Below are positions 30,001 to 38,313 of a stretch of DNA of 58,246 nucleotides, piece by piece; the stretch's first letter is position 1, and each line of letters begins with the position of its first letter. The stretch spans positions 1-58,246 of the forward strand of contig JAZDCY010000020.1 in NCBI GenBank assembly GCA_036679645.1. Reading direction: 5' to 3'. The position numbers were made by a program, and so were the translations under genes. The notes under the pieces are model-generated. The model had not been told where the DNA came from and searched no databases. It saw only the letters and a list, made by a program, of their open reading frames with translations. Origin of the DNA: Gemmatimonadota bacterium. GTDB lineage: Bacteria > Gemmatimonadota > Gemmatimonadetes > Gemmatimonadales > GWC2-71-9.

Positions 30001-30445
30001 ACTCGGAGAGATTGATCTCGAAGATCCCGGGTTCCTCCGCAGCCGCCGGAAGCTCGGGCTTGGCAATGTCGACCTTCTCGCGCACGCGTTGCAGCGCCTC
30101 GTTCATGTCGACACCGGCGTCGAACTCGACGTTGATGCTCGAATAGCCTTCCGTCGAGACGGAGGTGATCGTCTCGACGTCGGGAATCGTATTGAGTTCC
30201 TCCTCGAGCGGCCGCGAGATGAGCGTCTCGATATCTCGCGGCGCCACGCCCCTGTAGATCGTGTTCACGATGATATTCGGAATCACGATTTCCGGATTGG
30301 CTTCTTTCGGCACGACGATATACGAGTTCAACCCGAGCAGGATGACCATTGCGGTCATGACCAGAACCACCGTCGGGTGATTGATAGCGAATGAGGTGAG
30401 CCAGAATTCCTGGTACTTCGATGTATCGCGCCGCTCCGGCATCAC
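27020..30445 (-). CDS. RND efflux transporter permease (AcrB/MdtB-like)
   Basis: 1141 aa; GMLVDNAIVVVENI, GIVGEFM, GIVVNNAIV, RFRPVVLTAITTVLG, FATFLTLVLVP. Confidence 0.95.
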   Translation of the reverse strand: MMPERRDTSKYQEFWLTSFAINHPTVVLVMTAMVILLGLNSYIVVPKEANPEIVIPNIIVNTIYRGVAPRDIETLISRPLEEELNTIPDVETITSVSTEGYSSINVEFDAGVDMNEALQRVREKVDIAKPELPAAAEEPGIFEINLSEFPIMQVNVSGPYDLVRLRDVAENLQDELEQIPSVLEVQLSGGLEREVHVDVDLARLKFYDLAFSDVIEAIQQENITIPGGAIDVGEMKFLVRVPGEYEQPEPIADIVISSPNGVPVYVRDVASVDFGFKERSTYARLDGNSVVSLAVKKRVGENIIETADAVRAVIAANEAGFPPGTVVKITSDQSEQIHDMVTSLENNIISGLILVVGVLLFFLGVRTAWFVGLAIPMSMLLSFIVIRVAGFSMNMVVLFSLILALGMLVDNAIVVVENIYRFREQGHDRKAAAKFATAEVAVPIIASTATTLAAFAPLAFWPGIVGEFMKYLPVTLIITLSSSLFVGLVIIPTLCSLFLEHEAAPSLPLPRLTKWAVAGVGVTVVGIFLVINPLTSVLLLVTAGLSYWGYRYVLHPIGHRFMTRGLPSVIEFYERQLRWALAHRFAMLVGAGVAVVVAVVAFGALNAGVEYFPEDIPPATVYVQVDAPLGTRVDQTDGIARRIEERLRDLPGRVDFASIVTTSGSQVSQNFSGGGTGAHLASVAVNFKDYQFREVDVFVTMEEMRETIGEGIAGAEIAVEKPASGPPTGAALALEITGDDPDVLRQLGDDAVAILEESAVFAKLDGLEHDMAAGRPELVVEVDRERAALYGLSTRDVGFTVRNAINGTEASKYRDGKDEYDITVRLAQEYREDLSALGDLTLVPEDGGQIPLSSVASWHVGTGFGDIRRKDLDRVVTITADVRADYNSNAVQTEVRETLSAFEAALPPGYEVRFGGQQEAQAEDQAFLASAFVMAVLLIGFILVSQFDSVTKPAIILTSVLLSTVGVLVGLIVFRMPFGVIMTGVGVISLAGIVVNNAIVLMDYIDVLRSRDHMDPKEAIIHGGKTRFRPVVLTAITTVLGLMPLAIGLNVDFKGMYGSLNPDIYWGGEQAAWWGPMAIAVIAGLTFATFLTLVLVPVMYSLLDDLDGFVRTHFLPRKEDTDEYEILAKETIGSDGVAAGV

Positions 30446-31551
30446 TCGGAATCCTTTCTCGCATCGACCGAGGGGCTCTCTACAGCTACTACCCTGACAC
30501 GGGTGCCGGCGTCGACGAGCTGCGATCCGAGCGTGATGAGCCTATCGCCCACTGCCAATCCAGACTCGACGACAACCTGGTTCCGGTAGGACGGGCCGAG
30601 GATCACGTTACGTGATTCGGCAACCGTGTGACCGTCACGATCTGTCACGACATACGCCTTGTAACCATCTTCGGTGCGCTGCAGCACCTGCTGCGGCACC
30701 ACCATGACACTGTCCCGTCGCACACGGACGACGCGAAGGTTCGCGACCATCCGCGGTTTCACGAGTCCGTTCGGGTTGTCCATCACCACTTCGATGGGCA
30801 CCGTTCGGTTGCGCGCATCCACACTCGAACCCACGAAACGGATCTCCCCATCATACGTTTCGCCGGGGAGCACGTCGAACCTCACTTGCGCCGCGTCACC
30901 GGGACGAACCCTCACGGCGACGCGCTCGGGGATTCCGCCTGTGACTTTCACGCGTCGTATGGCGACGACCCGTGCTACCGGTGTTCCGGGCGACGCCATC
31001 TCACCGATCTCGATGAACTTCTCGTCGAAGATGCCCGCGACCGGTGCACGTATCCTCGTGCGCTCGAGACGTGCCTGCAGTGTGCGGAGCCGCGCGCCGG
31101 CCGCCTCCGCGACGGATTTGGTCTGAAGGAACGCGATCTCCGATCCGATCTGCTCGTCTTCCCAGAGGCGGCGTTGCCGCTCGAACTGCTCCCGCGCCAG
31201 CTCCGCGGTGGCCCTGGCCTCTTCGACCTGCGCAGCGAGCACGTCACTATTGATCTCGGCGATCACCTGGCCCCGGCGGACCGGCCGCCCTTTCTCGACG
31301 AGGAATCGCTCGATCACACCGCTCTCTTCCGCCGAGAGCGTGATGTCGTGCATCGCCTCAACCTGGCCCGTCACACGGATGTACTCCGTGAACGACTCGA
31401 GCGTCACAGGAGCGACCTCGACGTTCACGACACGGACCGCATCGTCGACCGCGTCGGACGTGGCCGCGCCCTCGCTAGGAGCACATCCGGCAACGCCCAG
31501 CGTGGCCATCACGCCCGCCACGACACCGAATCGACTGTATGCCTCATGCAT
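30442..31551 (-). CDS. RND periplasmic adaptor (membrane fusion protein), lipoprotein
   Basis: Lipobox VAGC; SGVIE..VEKG..V..GQVIA lipoyl half, alpha-hairpin, IRAPVAG, GLAVGD. Confidence 0.93.
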   Translation of the reverse strand: MHEAYSRFGVVAGVMATLGVAGCAPSEGAATSDAVDDAVRVVNVEVAPVTLESFTEYIRVTGQVEAMHDITLSAEESGVIERFLVEKGRPVRRGQVIAEINSDVLAAQVEEARATAELAREQFERQRRLWEDEQIGSEIAFLQTKSVAEAAGARLRTLQARLERTRIRAPVAGIFDEKFIEIGEMASPGTPVARVVAIRRVKVTGGIPERVAVRVRPGDAAQVRFDVLPGETYDGEIRFVGSSVDARNRTVPIEVVMDNPNGLVKPRMVANLRVVRVRRDSVMVVPQQVLQRTEDGYKAYVVTDRDGHTVAESRNVILGPSYRNQVVVESGLAVGDRLITLGSQLVDAGTRVRVVAVESPSVDARKDSE

Positions 31552-31564
31552 CTCGCCTGATCTC

Positions 31565-33070
31565 CTAATTGGTTTGCAACGGTATCAGATCGGAGCTCCG
31601 ATCCGGCACGGTCCCGCGCGCCGCGTCCAGATTCGCCCGCGCGGTGAGGTAATCGTACACTGCCTGCGCGTAGTTGAACTCTGACTGCCGCAGCGCCACC
31701 TCGGCATCTGTGATCTGCAGTTGGGACCCGACACCGGCACGATACTCAGCCGATGCGATCTCGAAGCCACGCTGCGCCTGGGCAACCGCGTTGCTCTGGC
31801 TCTCGACCCGCTGCCGCGTCTCATCCACGCTCGCCAGCAACGTATGGATTTGGTTCGCCGCCCGTTGCTCAGTCAGCGCCAGCAACGATTGGTTGCGTTC
31901 GGTGTTCGCCTTGGCCTGCGACATGCGAGCGGTGCGCGAGAGGCCCGTGAATATGGGCAGCTCTATCCGGATGCCGCCGTTCAGCGACGTCGTGCGTTCG
32001 TTCCGCGTCGGGTCGCCACCGATGTTGTTCCGGCCAAAGAAGCTGAGTCCCCCGTTCTGCTGTGCCTGCACCGAATAGTTCGAGAACAGGGTCACCTTGG
32101 GGAAGAAGTCGGCGCGCTCCACCGCATAGCGCGCCTGCTCCAACTCGATGTTGAGCCGCGCCTGCCTGATGTCGGGGCGCGCTTCCATGGCCGTCGCGAA
32201 CGCTTCGAGCACCCCTGAAGCCTCCGAAGGCTGCGTGCCGGCCAGGATCAGGATGGCGCGATTCTCCGCACTGTTGGCGAGGACATCGTCGATGACCATC
32301 TCATGGAGATTTCCCTCGACGTCCAGCGGCGTATCTGCATCAAGACCCATCACGACCGCGAGGGTGCGGGACGCGGCCGCAACTCCGTCGCGCGCACGCC
32401 GGAGGTTGGGCTCGAGATTGCCAAGTTGTACCTCGAGGCGCAGCACGTCGTAGTTGCTTGCCAGTCCGGCACGGTTGAGGGCTTGCGTCTCTTCCAGCGT
32501 CTGAGTGACCCGGGCGACGCTCTGCGCGGTGAGTCGCACCTGTTCGCGCGTCAGCAGGACATCGAAGTACGACAACCGCACCGAAGTCACGACATTCTGG
32601 GCCACGCCCCGGACCAACTCGTTCTGCAACGCGCGGAACTTCCCGGCGGCGCCCACGCCGATGAACGCCGCCGCTGAGAAGAGAGTTTGGCTGAACGTGA
32701 GGCCGGCTTGCCACTGGTTGTCGGCACCGAAGCGCGCGGCAAACAGCTCATCGGGACTGGCTGTCGGATCGACGAAGACGCGGGGCAGGAACACTTCCTG
32801 GACCTGGAAGTTGCGCTGGTACGACGCGGTCGCACGTATCTCTGGAAAAACCGAGGCCCATGCCTCACGCACCTGGCCACCCGCTGCCCGCAGCGAGGCC
32901 TCCGCCTGCGCGATGTCGCGGTTGTTGCCCACGGCAATATCGATCGCCTGACCCAGCGATACGCGCCGCGCCTGCTGGGCTTCGGCCGCGGGGGACACCG
33001 CCAGTGCCAGCCCCGCGGCGCCCATGAGCGCGATCGCGATGCCGGTTCGGGATATCATCACGTGTAACAT
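31565..33070 (-). CDS. TolC-family outer membrane factor (start ATG 33070, GTG 33061 or ATG 33058)
   Basis: Signal peptide ending AEA-Q; two OEP repeats (YFDVLL...GLASNYDVLR; RPDI...FFPKV...YRAGVGSQLQITDA). Confidence 0.92.
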   Translation of the reverse strand: MLHVMISRTGIAIALMGAAGLALAVSPAAEAQQARRVSLGQAIDIAVGNNRDIAQAEASLRAAGGQVREAWASVFPEIRATASYQRNFQVQEVFLPRVFVDPTASPDELFAARFGADNQWQAGLTFSQTLFSAAAFIGVGAAGKFRALQNELVRGVAQNVVTSVRLSYFDVLLTREQVRLTAQSVARVTQTLEETQALNRAGLASNYDVLRLEVQLGNLEPNLRRARDGVAAASRTLAVVMGLDADTPLDVEGNLHEMVIDDVLANSAENRAILILAGTQPSEASGVLEAFATAMEARPDIRQARLNIELEQARYAVERADFFPKVTLFSNYSVQAQQNGGLSFFGRNNIGGDPTRNERTTSLNGGIRIELPIFTGLSRTARMSQAKANTERNQSLLALTEQRAANQIHTLLASVDETRQRVESQSNAVAQAQRGFEIASAEYRAGVGSQLQITDAEVALRQSEFNYAQAVYDYLTARANLDAARGTVPDRSSDLIPLQTN

Positions 33071-33095
33071 CCTCTCTGCGCGGCCAGCGCGCCGA

Positions 33096-33728
33096 TCACG
33101 ACGAGCCGCCGTCGCGCGCTTCCAGTCCTTCGCGCAGGAACGGCCCAAAAAGTTCGAAGAGACCTTGGGGGGTCGGAGATTCGCCGCACTCGTCACGGGG
33201 TTCGAGACGACATGCGAGCACCAGCGTCACGAGCCCGTGCACCGTCGACCAGAGAAAGAGCGACGCCAGATCCGGATCCGCCCGCCGCATCGCACCGCTC
33301 TCCATGGCTTCGACCACGGCGCGGCGCAGTATGGGGTATCCACCGCCACCCGGCAGATCCGCGAGATCTCTCGGATGCGCGATCTGGATCGAGAAGATGA
33401 CTCGAAAATAGGCCACGTTCTCAAGGGCAAAGCTCATGTAGGCCTCGCCCAGCGCCCGCACCCGCTCCATCGACCCGCGCGGGTGGCAGTCCATGGCCGA
33501 TTCCATATACTCGCCAAACCGCGCGAACGCGCTGCCGACCACGCGATCGACCAGATCCTGCTTGCCGTCGAAGTAGTGATAGATCGCGGTGGCCGACACA
33601 CCTACACGCTCAGCGACCGCCCGCATCGAGAGAGCGGGAAGCCCCCGATCGGCAATCAGATCGCGGGTCGCATCGACGATCTGTGTCTCGATCTCGTTCA
33701 CGCGTGGGACGACATCAGCTTGTGTCAT
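33096..33728 (-). CDS. TetR/AcrR family regulator with WHG-type C-terminal domain
   Basis: LSMRAVAERVGVSATAIYHYFDGKQDL HTH; LWSTVHGLVTL. Confidence 0.93.
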   Translation of the reverse strand: MTQADVVPRVNEIETQIVDATRDLIADRGLPALSMRAVAERVGVSATAIYHYFDGKQDLVDRVVGSAFARFGEYMESAMDCHPRGSMERVRALGEAYMSFALENVAYFRVIFSIQIAHPRDLADLPGGGGYPILRRAVVEAMESGAMRRADPDLASLFLWSTVHGLVTLVLACRLEPRDECGESPTPQGLFELFGPFLREGLEARDGGSS

Positions 33729-33749
33729 TCCGACCGTAACTGCCTTTCA

Positions 33750-33819
33750 CTACACCGTTTAGGAGTGCTCCGCACCGGGGAGACCAACCATAGTAACGGT
33801 GTTAACCTAACGGTGTTAA
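33750..33819 (-). promoter_or_regulatory. Promoter and TetR operator sites of the efflux operon
   Basis: Minus-strand TTAACA-N18-TACTAT; two direct copies of TAACGGTGTTAA (33794-33805, 33808-33819), each a TAAC-N3-GTTA palindrome; degenerate third copy at 33750-33760. Confidence 0.75.
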
Positions 33820-33856
33820 GTACGGATGTGAACTGAACAGGTTTCAGGCTGGAGGC

Positions 33857-34795
33857 TTAGGCTGAGCTGGAGAGTCGGTCCACGATGTCGCCGGCGGTTT
33901 GCCAGCGGCGGTCGGGGTCACATTCGAGCGCCCGCGCTACGACCGCCGCCAGGGTCGCCGGGATCTCGGACCGGAAGTGACGGACGTTGGGTGCGACCGC
34001 GCGAGTCTTGCGGTGCGCGACTTCGTGCGGAGACGCCGCCGTGAAAGGCTGGGCACCCGTCAGCATCTCGAACGCAACGACGCCCAGGCTGTAGATATCA
34101 CTGCGGTGATCGAGCGACCGGCTACCCGAAGCCTGCTCCGGACTCATATACTCGGGGGTGCCAATGACGGCGCCCGTAAACGAGAGCGTTCCCCCATCCC
34201 GCGACAGCCCTTTGGCGATGCCGAAATCCACCAACAGCGCCTTCCCGTTCGTGTCGAGCAGCACGTTGGCCGGTTTCACGTCACGGTGCACCACGTCTTT
34301 CCCGTGCGCGTAGGCCAACCCCATCGCGAGTTCCCGGAAGACGCGGATGCCATCCTCGAGCACCATGGGGCCCTCGCGTTCCAGCCGGCGCTCCAGGGTC
34401 TCGCCTTTCACCCGGGGCATGGCGAAGTACGAAATGCCGCCCTGCTCCCCCGCGAAGACCACGCGCAATACATGGGGGTGATCGAGCTGGGCGACGAACT
34501 GCGCCTCCCGGTGGAATCGCTCGCGTGCCACACTGGAGGCGAACAGCTCTGGCCGCATCACCTTGACGGCGAGGTAGCGCTCGAGCCGCTGATCGCGGAC
34601 GGAGAACACGACCGCGAACCCGCCACGCCCCAACTCGGCCAGGACCGTAAAGTCCGGGCCCAAAGCCCTCGCGAGCCGCTCGGCCAGTGGGGTGTCGAAC
34701 TCCGAGACCAGCGCGAGTGGCGTACCGCAGTGCGGGCAGAAGCGGGCGTCGATCGGGAGCGCCTTGTCACACTTCTCACAGGTGCGCGGTTCCAT
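33857..34795 (-). CDS. Soluble Ser/Thr kinase with N-terminal zinc ribbon
   Basis: MEPRTCEKC...FCPHCG; LGRGGFAVV, LAVKV, HRDVKPAN, DFGIAK, GTPEYMSPEQ. Confidence 0.92.
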   Translation of the reverse strand: MEPRTCEKCDKALPIDARFCPHCGTPLALVSEFDTPLAERLARALGPDFTVLAELGRGGFAVVFSVRDQRLERYLAVKVMRPELFASSVARERFHREAQFVAQLDHPHVLRVVFAGEQGGISYFAMPRVKGETLERRLEREGPMVLEDGIRVFRELAMGLAYAHGKDVVHRDVKPANVLLDTNGKALLVDFGIAKGLSRDGGTLSFTGAVIGTPEYMSPEQASGSRSLDHRSDIYSLGVVAFEMLTGAQPFTAASPHEVAHRKTRAVAPNVRHFRSEIPATLAAVVARALECDPDRRWQTAGDIVDRLSSSA

Positions 34796-35618
34796 GTCTC
34801 TGGCGCCTAAAGTACCGGAATCGGGCCGGCGCGGGAGCCCCGCGGTTCTTCGTATTCCGGGAATGGGCCTGAACGCCACGATCTTCCCGGATCTCGACGT
34901 GCCGACGCTCGACGTGGACTTCACGAGATGGGTGCCGACGACGATGGACTGCCACACCGGCGCGGTCATGGCCTCATACGTCGAGGAGTTGGATCGGCAG
35001 CTCGACGTGGAGGCCTGGCGCGATGCGGGACGGCGGATCGTCATTGCACATAGCTTTGGTGGCATGCTCGCCCTCGCGTGGTGGCTACACCACGGGGGAG
35101 CGGGTCCCGCCCAGATAGACGGGCTGGTGCTGATCGGAGCCACCGCCGGGCCCATGTTCGACGTGGTTCGTGCTTGCCTATTCGCCGTCGGAAGCGGTGA
35201 CGTGCGCTTCCCCGTCACCCCGTTCCTCGGGCTGTGGAACACCCGCGCGCTTACACGCGCGCTACACCGGTTGGTGGGTGGCCGGAGCGAGCCGGAGCAC
35301 GTGGACTTTCGTACCCTGCGGTACCGCGGAGATCTCGTCGTCGGCCTGGCGAGTTGGCGGGGGACCGACTGGCGGGCCCGGAGGGCACATCGCCTCGCGA
35401 TGTGGGGGTTCGATGTCCGGAACCAACTACAAGACATGGCCGTCCCGACCATCGTCCTACACGGGGACCGGGACCGGCTCTTCACAACCGCCACGGCCGC
35501 CGATCTGGCACATCGCCTGCCCGGAGCGGAGTTCCGTCTCGTCGCAGACGCCGGCCATCTCCTGCCCCTCACTCACGGGGCAGAGGTGCAGCGGGCCGCG
35601 CGGAGTTTCTGGGACTAG
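34794..35618 (+). CDS. Alpha/beta-fold hydrolase (start ATG 34794 or 34864)
   Basis: IPGMG oxyanion region, AHSFGG nucleophile elbow, VLHGDRD, AGHL. Confidence 0.8.
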   Translation: MSLAPKVPESGRRGSPAVLRIPGMGLNATIFPDLDVPTLDVDFTRWVPTTMDCHTGAVMASYVEELDRQLDVEAWRDAGRRIVIAHSFGGMLALAWWLHHGGAGPAQIDGLVLIGATAGPMFDVVRACLFAVGSGDVRFPVTPFLGLWNTRALTRALHRLVGGRSEPEHVDFRTLRYRGDLVVGLASWRGTDWRARRAHRLAMWGFDVRNQLQDMAVPTIVLHGDRDRLFTTATAADLAHRLPGAEFRLVADAGHLLPLTHGAEVQRAARSFWD

Positions 35619-35965
35619 TCTTCGGGGTCGGACCTGTCGGCGGTCATGACCGACTTCTCCGCGCGTTCCATCTCCCCGCGCAGTGACGCCAGCGCCTCAC
35701 GCATCATGCGGAACTTCGCCTGGGTTGCCCCTCCGCGCGCCGCGGTCATGCCCAGCTGACGAGCATGATCGGCCATGACCCCGAACCCGTTGTTCATGAA
35801 CAACCGGCCCACTTCAGCGCCCGTCCGTTTGACGGAACCGGCAAGATGGTCCAGCCCGGTCGCGGCGTACTTCTCGATCAGACTATAGACGCGGTCGAGC
35901 TTGCGCTTGGCTTCCTCGAGTGCCGCGAGCTTCTGCTGGGCTTTGACGGAGAGTTTCTTAGACAT
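35615..35965 (-). CDS. Small all-helical hypothetical protein
   Basis: MSKKLSVKAQQKL..., 116 aa; Lys/Met-rich composition unlike shadow ORFs; fills the gap between flanking genes. Confidence 0.75.
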   Translation of the reverse strand: MSKKLSVKAQQKLAALEEAKRKLDRVYSLIEKYAATGLDHLAGSVKRTGAEVGRLFMNNGFGVMADHARQLGMTAARGGATQAKFRMMREALASLRGEMERAEKSVMTADRSDPED

Positions 35966-36031
35966 GGTCGTGGGTTGAGGATGCCTAAAGATAGCCCCTT
36001 TCTCCATCAAATCCCGATTAGCTTTCCGCGC

Positions 36032-36865
36032 ATGTTGAGCAGCACGCTCCGAATTCTCGCGGCCCTGTTGTTGGTCTACGCGGCGATCGCGGCCCTGGCG
36101 TACGCCTATCAGGACAGGCTGGCGTTCCCCGCCCCGCGGCGCGCGCTACCGGCCCCGCCCGATCTCGGGATCGCGGACGGCGAGAGGGTCACCCTCGTCG
36201 CCGGTGACTCGGTGCACCTGTCTGGCTGGTTCCTGCCCGCGCCGGGCGCGTCCGCGGCCCAGCCGGCACCGGCGATTATCTGGTTCTACGGCAACATGGA
36301 AACCGTGGCTGCGCTTGCACCCGTCATCTCGTGGTTACGTCCGGAGGGCATAAGTGTCCTGGCAATCGACTATAGGGGATACGGGGAGAGCGAAGGGGCC
36401 CCGACCGAGCCCGGGCTGTATCGCGATGCCGAAGCCGCCTGGGCGTACGTTGCGGGTCGCCCCGAGGTCGACAGCGGGCGAGTCGGCATCTACGGCCGGT
36501 CGCTCGGCAGCGTCGTTGCACTGTACCTGGCAACGCGCCGTCCGATCCGCGCCGTCGCGCTCGATTCCCCGTTCTCCAACGCGGACGAGATGCGGCGGTT
36601 GCACTACTTCCTGTTCCCCGGGTTTCTGTTGCGCCACTCGCTCGACAATCTGCTGCGCGCCCGGGACCTCGAGGCCCCCCTGATCGTCTTCCACGGTACC
36701 GACGACCGGATCGCCCCCATACGCATGGGACGCGCGGTGGCCGCTGCCGGGCACGCCCGCGAGTTTGTCGCCATCGAGCGTTCCGGACACAACGACACGT
36801 ACGACCGGGGCGGCAACGCGTACCGTGAGAAGCTCTTCGCATTCTGGGATGCCCATCTCAAATGA
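36032..36865 (+). CDS. Membrane-anchored alpha/beta hydrolase (ABHD13/Bem46-like)
   Basis: N-terminal TM, Q..L.FP, WFYGN, DYRGYGESEG.PTE.GLYRDA, GRSLG, HGTDD, GHND; TAGCTT 7 nt before the ATG. Confidence 0.9.
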   Translation: MLSSTLRILAALLLVYAAIAALAYAYQDRLAFPAPRRALPAPPDLGIADGERVTLVAGDSVHLSGWFLPAPGASAAQPAPAIIWFYGNMETVAALAPVISWLRPEGISVLAIDYRGYGESEGAPTEPGLYRDAEAAWAYVAGRPEVDSGRVGIYGRSLGSVVALYLATRRPIRAVALDSPFSNADEMRRLHYFLFPGFLLRHSLDNLLRARDLEAPLIVFHGTDDRIAPIRMGRAVAAAGHAREFVAIERSGHNDTYDRGGNAYREKLFAFWDAHLK

Positions 36866-38313
36866 CGACACCCGAGCTGTCGCATGACGCGATCGAGGGC
36901 GCGTTGACCCGTGTCGCCGAGATGGCAGCGGGTTATCTGCGCGACCTCCCCCACCGAGAGGCATTTCGGCGCCCCCCCGACGACGTGGTAAGACGGTTCG
37001 AATCCGCGCCGCTACCGGGCGCCGGTATCTCGGCCACCGATATCCTGAACGACATCGAGCGCGACATCCTGCCGTATTCTCTGGGAATCGGCCACCCGCG
37101 TTGGTGGGGGTTCATACGCGCAAGCCCCAGCCCGATGGGCATCGCGGCCGACATGCTGGCAACGACGCTCAACAACAACTGCGCCGGCAGTGCGCAGATC
37201 GCGACCTACGTCGAGATGACCGTCATGCGATGGCTCGCCGAGCTCGTGGGATACGATCCGGGCGGCGGCGGCATCCTCATGAGCGGTGGCTCGTCGGCCA
37301 ACTTCGTAGCACTGGCCGCCATGCGTGAGGCCCTCCTCCCGGGCACGCGGACTGGCGGACTCATGGGTGTTACCCGACGACCCACGGTCTACGTGACGCA
37401 TGAGACCCACTCGTGCATCCGCAGGGCGGTAGAACTCCTCGGATTCGGAAGCGAGGCCCTGCGACTCGTGCCGATCGCCGCCGATCGTGGGATGGAGATT
37501 GCGGCTCTCGAGCGACAGATCGCCGACGACCGAGTGAGGGGTTGCCAACCGCTGTGCATAGTGGGCACCGCCGGAACCGTGAATACGGGAGCGATTGACC
37601 CTCTATCGGCGATGAGTGAGGTCGCACGCCGCGAGCAGATGTGGTTTCACGTTGACGGGGCGTATGGCGCGGTGGGCGCCGCGCTGCCGGAACTCGCCGA
37701 ACGCTATCGCGGGCTGGCGGACGCCGACAGCCTTGCGATCAACCCGCATAAGTGGCTCTACGTGCCCTACGAGGCCGGTGCCGTCCTGGTGAAGGACCGC
37801 AACGCACTCACGCGCGCCTTTGCAACCCGGGCCGCTTACCTCGAGGTGCAGGATGACGATTACTACAACGGACCTCTCTGGTTTCATCAACAGGGACCAC
37901 AGATGTCTCGGGCGTTCCGGGCGCTCAAGGTCTGGGCGGTCATGCGACACATTGGACTCGACGGGTACCGGGAACTGTGGCGGCACGACATTGCCGCCGC
38001 GCAGGAGCTGAGGAACCTCGTAACCAAGCATCCGCATCTGGAGTTGGTGGGCCAGACGGGCTTGAGTGTGGCCTGTTTCCGCTACGTACCCGCGGCGGGC
38101 AACGCCAACACGTTCAATCGGCGTCTCGTCGATCTCATCCAGAAGGACGGGCGCCTCTTCGTCTCCGGGACGACCGTAGACGAGGTCTTCTGTTTGCGCG
38201 CCGCAATCATCAACTTTCGCACGACGATCGAAGACGTCCGGCTCGCGGTAGACGTCATAGCCGAACTCGGCTCCCAACTCGAAGCAGACATTCCCAGCGG
38301 AGGCACCACATGA
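36862..38313 (+). CDS. Group II PLP-dependent decarboxylase (aromatic-L-amino-acid/DABA decarboxylase-like)
   Basis: HPRWWGF, SGGSSAN, GTAGTVNTGAIDP, HVDGAYG, NPHKW (PLP Lys), SRAFRALKVW; ATGA overlap. Confidence 0.92.
   Translation: MTTPELSHDAIEGALTRVAEMAAGYLRDLPHREAFRRPPDDVVRRFESAPLPGAGISATDILNDIERDILPYSLGIGHPRWWGFIRASPSPMGIAADMLATTLNNNCAGSAQIATYVEMTVMRWLAELVGYDPGGGGILMSGGSSANFVALAAMREALLPGTRTGGLMGVTRRPTVYVTHETHSCIRRAVELLGFGSEALRLVPIAADRGMEIAALERQIADDRVRGCQPLCIVGTAGTVNTGAIDPLSAMSEVARREQMWFHVDGAYGAVGAALPELAERYRGLADADSLAINPHKWLYVPYEAGAVLVKDRNALTRAFATRAAYLEVQDDDYYNGPLWFHQQGPQMSRAFRALKVWAVMRHIGLDGYRELWRHDIAAAQELRNLVTKHPHLELVGQTGLSVACFRYVPAAGNANTFNRRLVDLIQKDGRLFVSGTTVDEVFCLRAAIINFRTTIEDVRLAVDVIAELGSQLEADIPSGGTT

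Noticed and set aside
10495..38310. Long N-terminal extensions in the ORF track (starts at 11868, 18946, 18300, 18854, 22355, 25152, 35572, 35765, 37977)
   Set aside because: They overlap neighbouring real genes; stop/start overlaps and domain boundaries indicate later starts, so they are not fusions.
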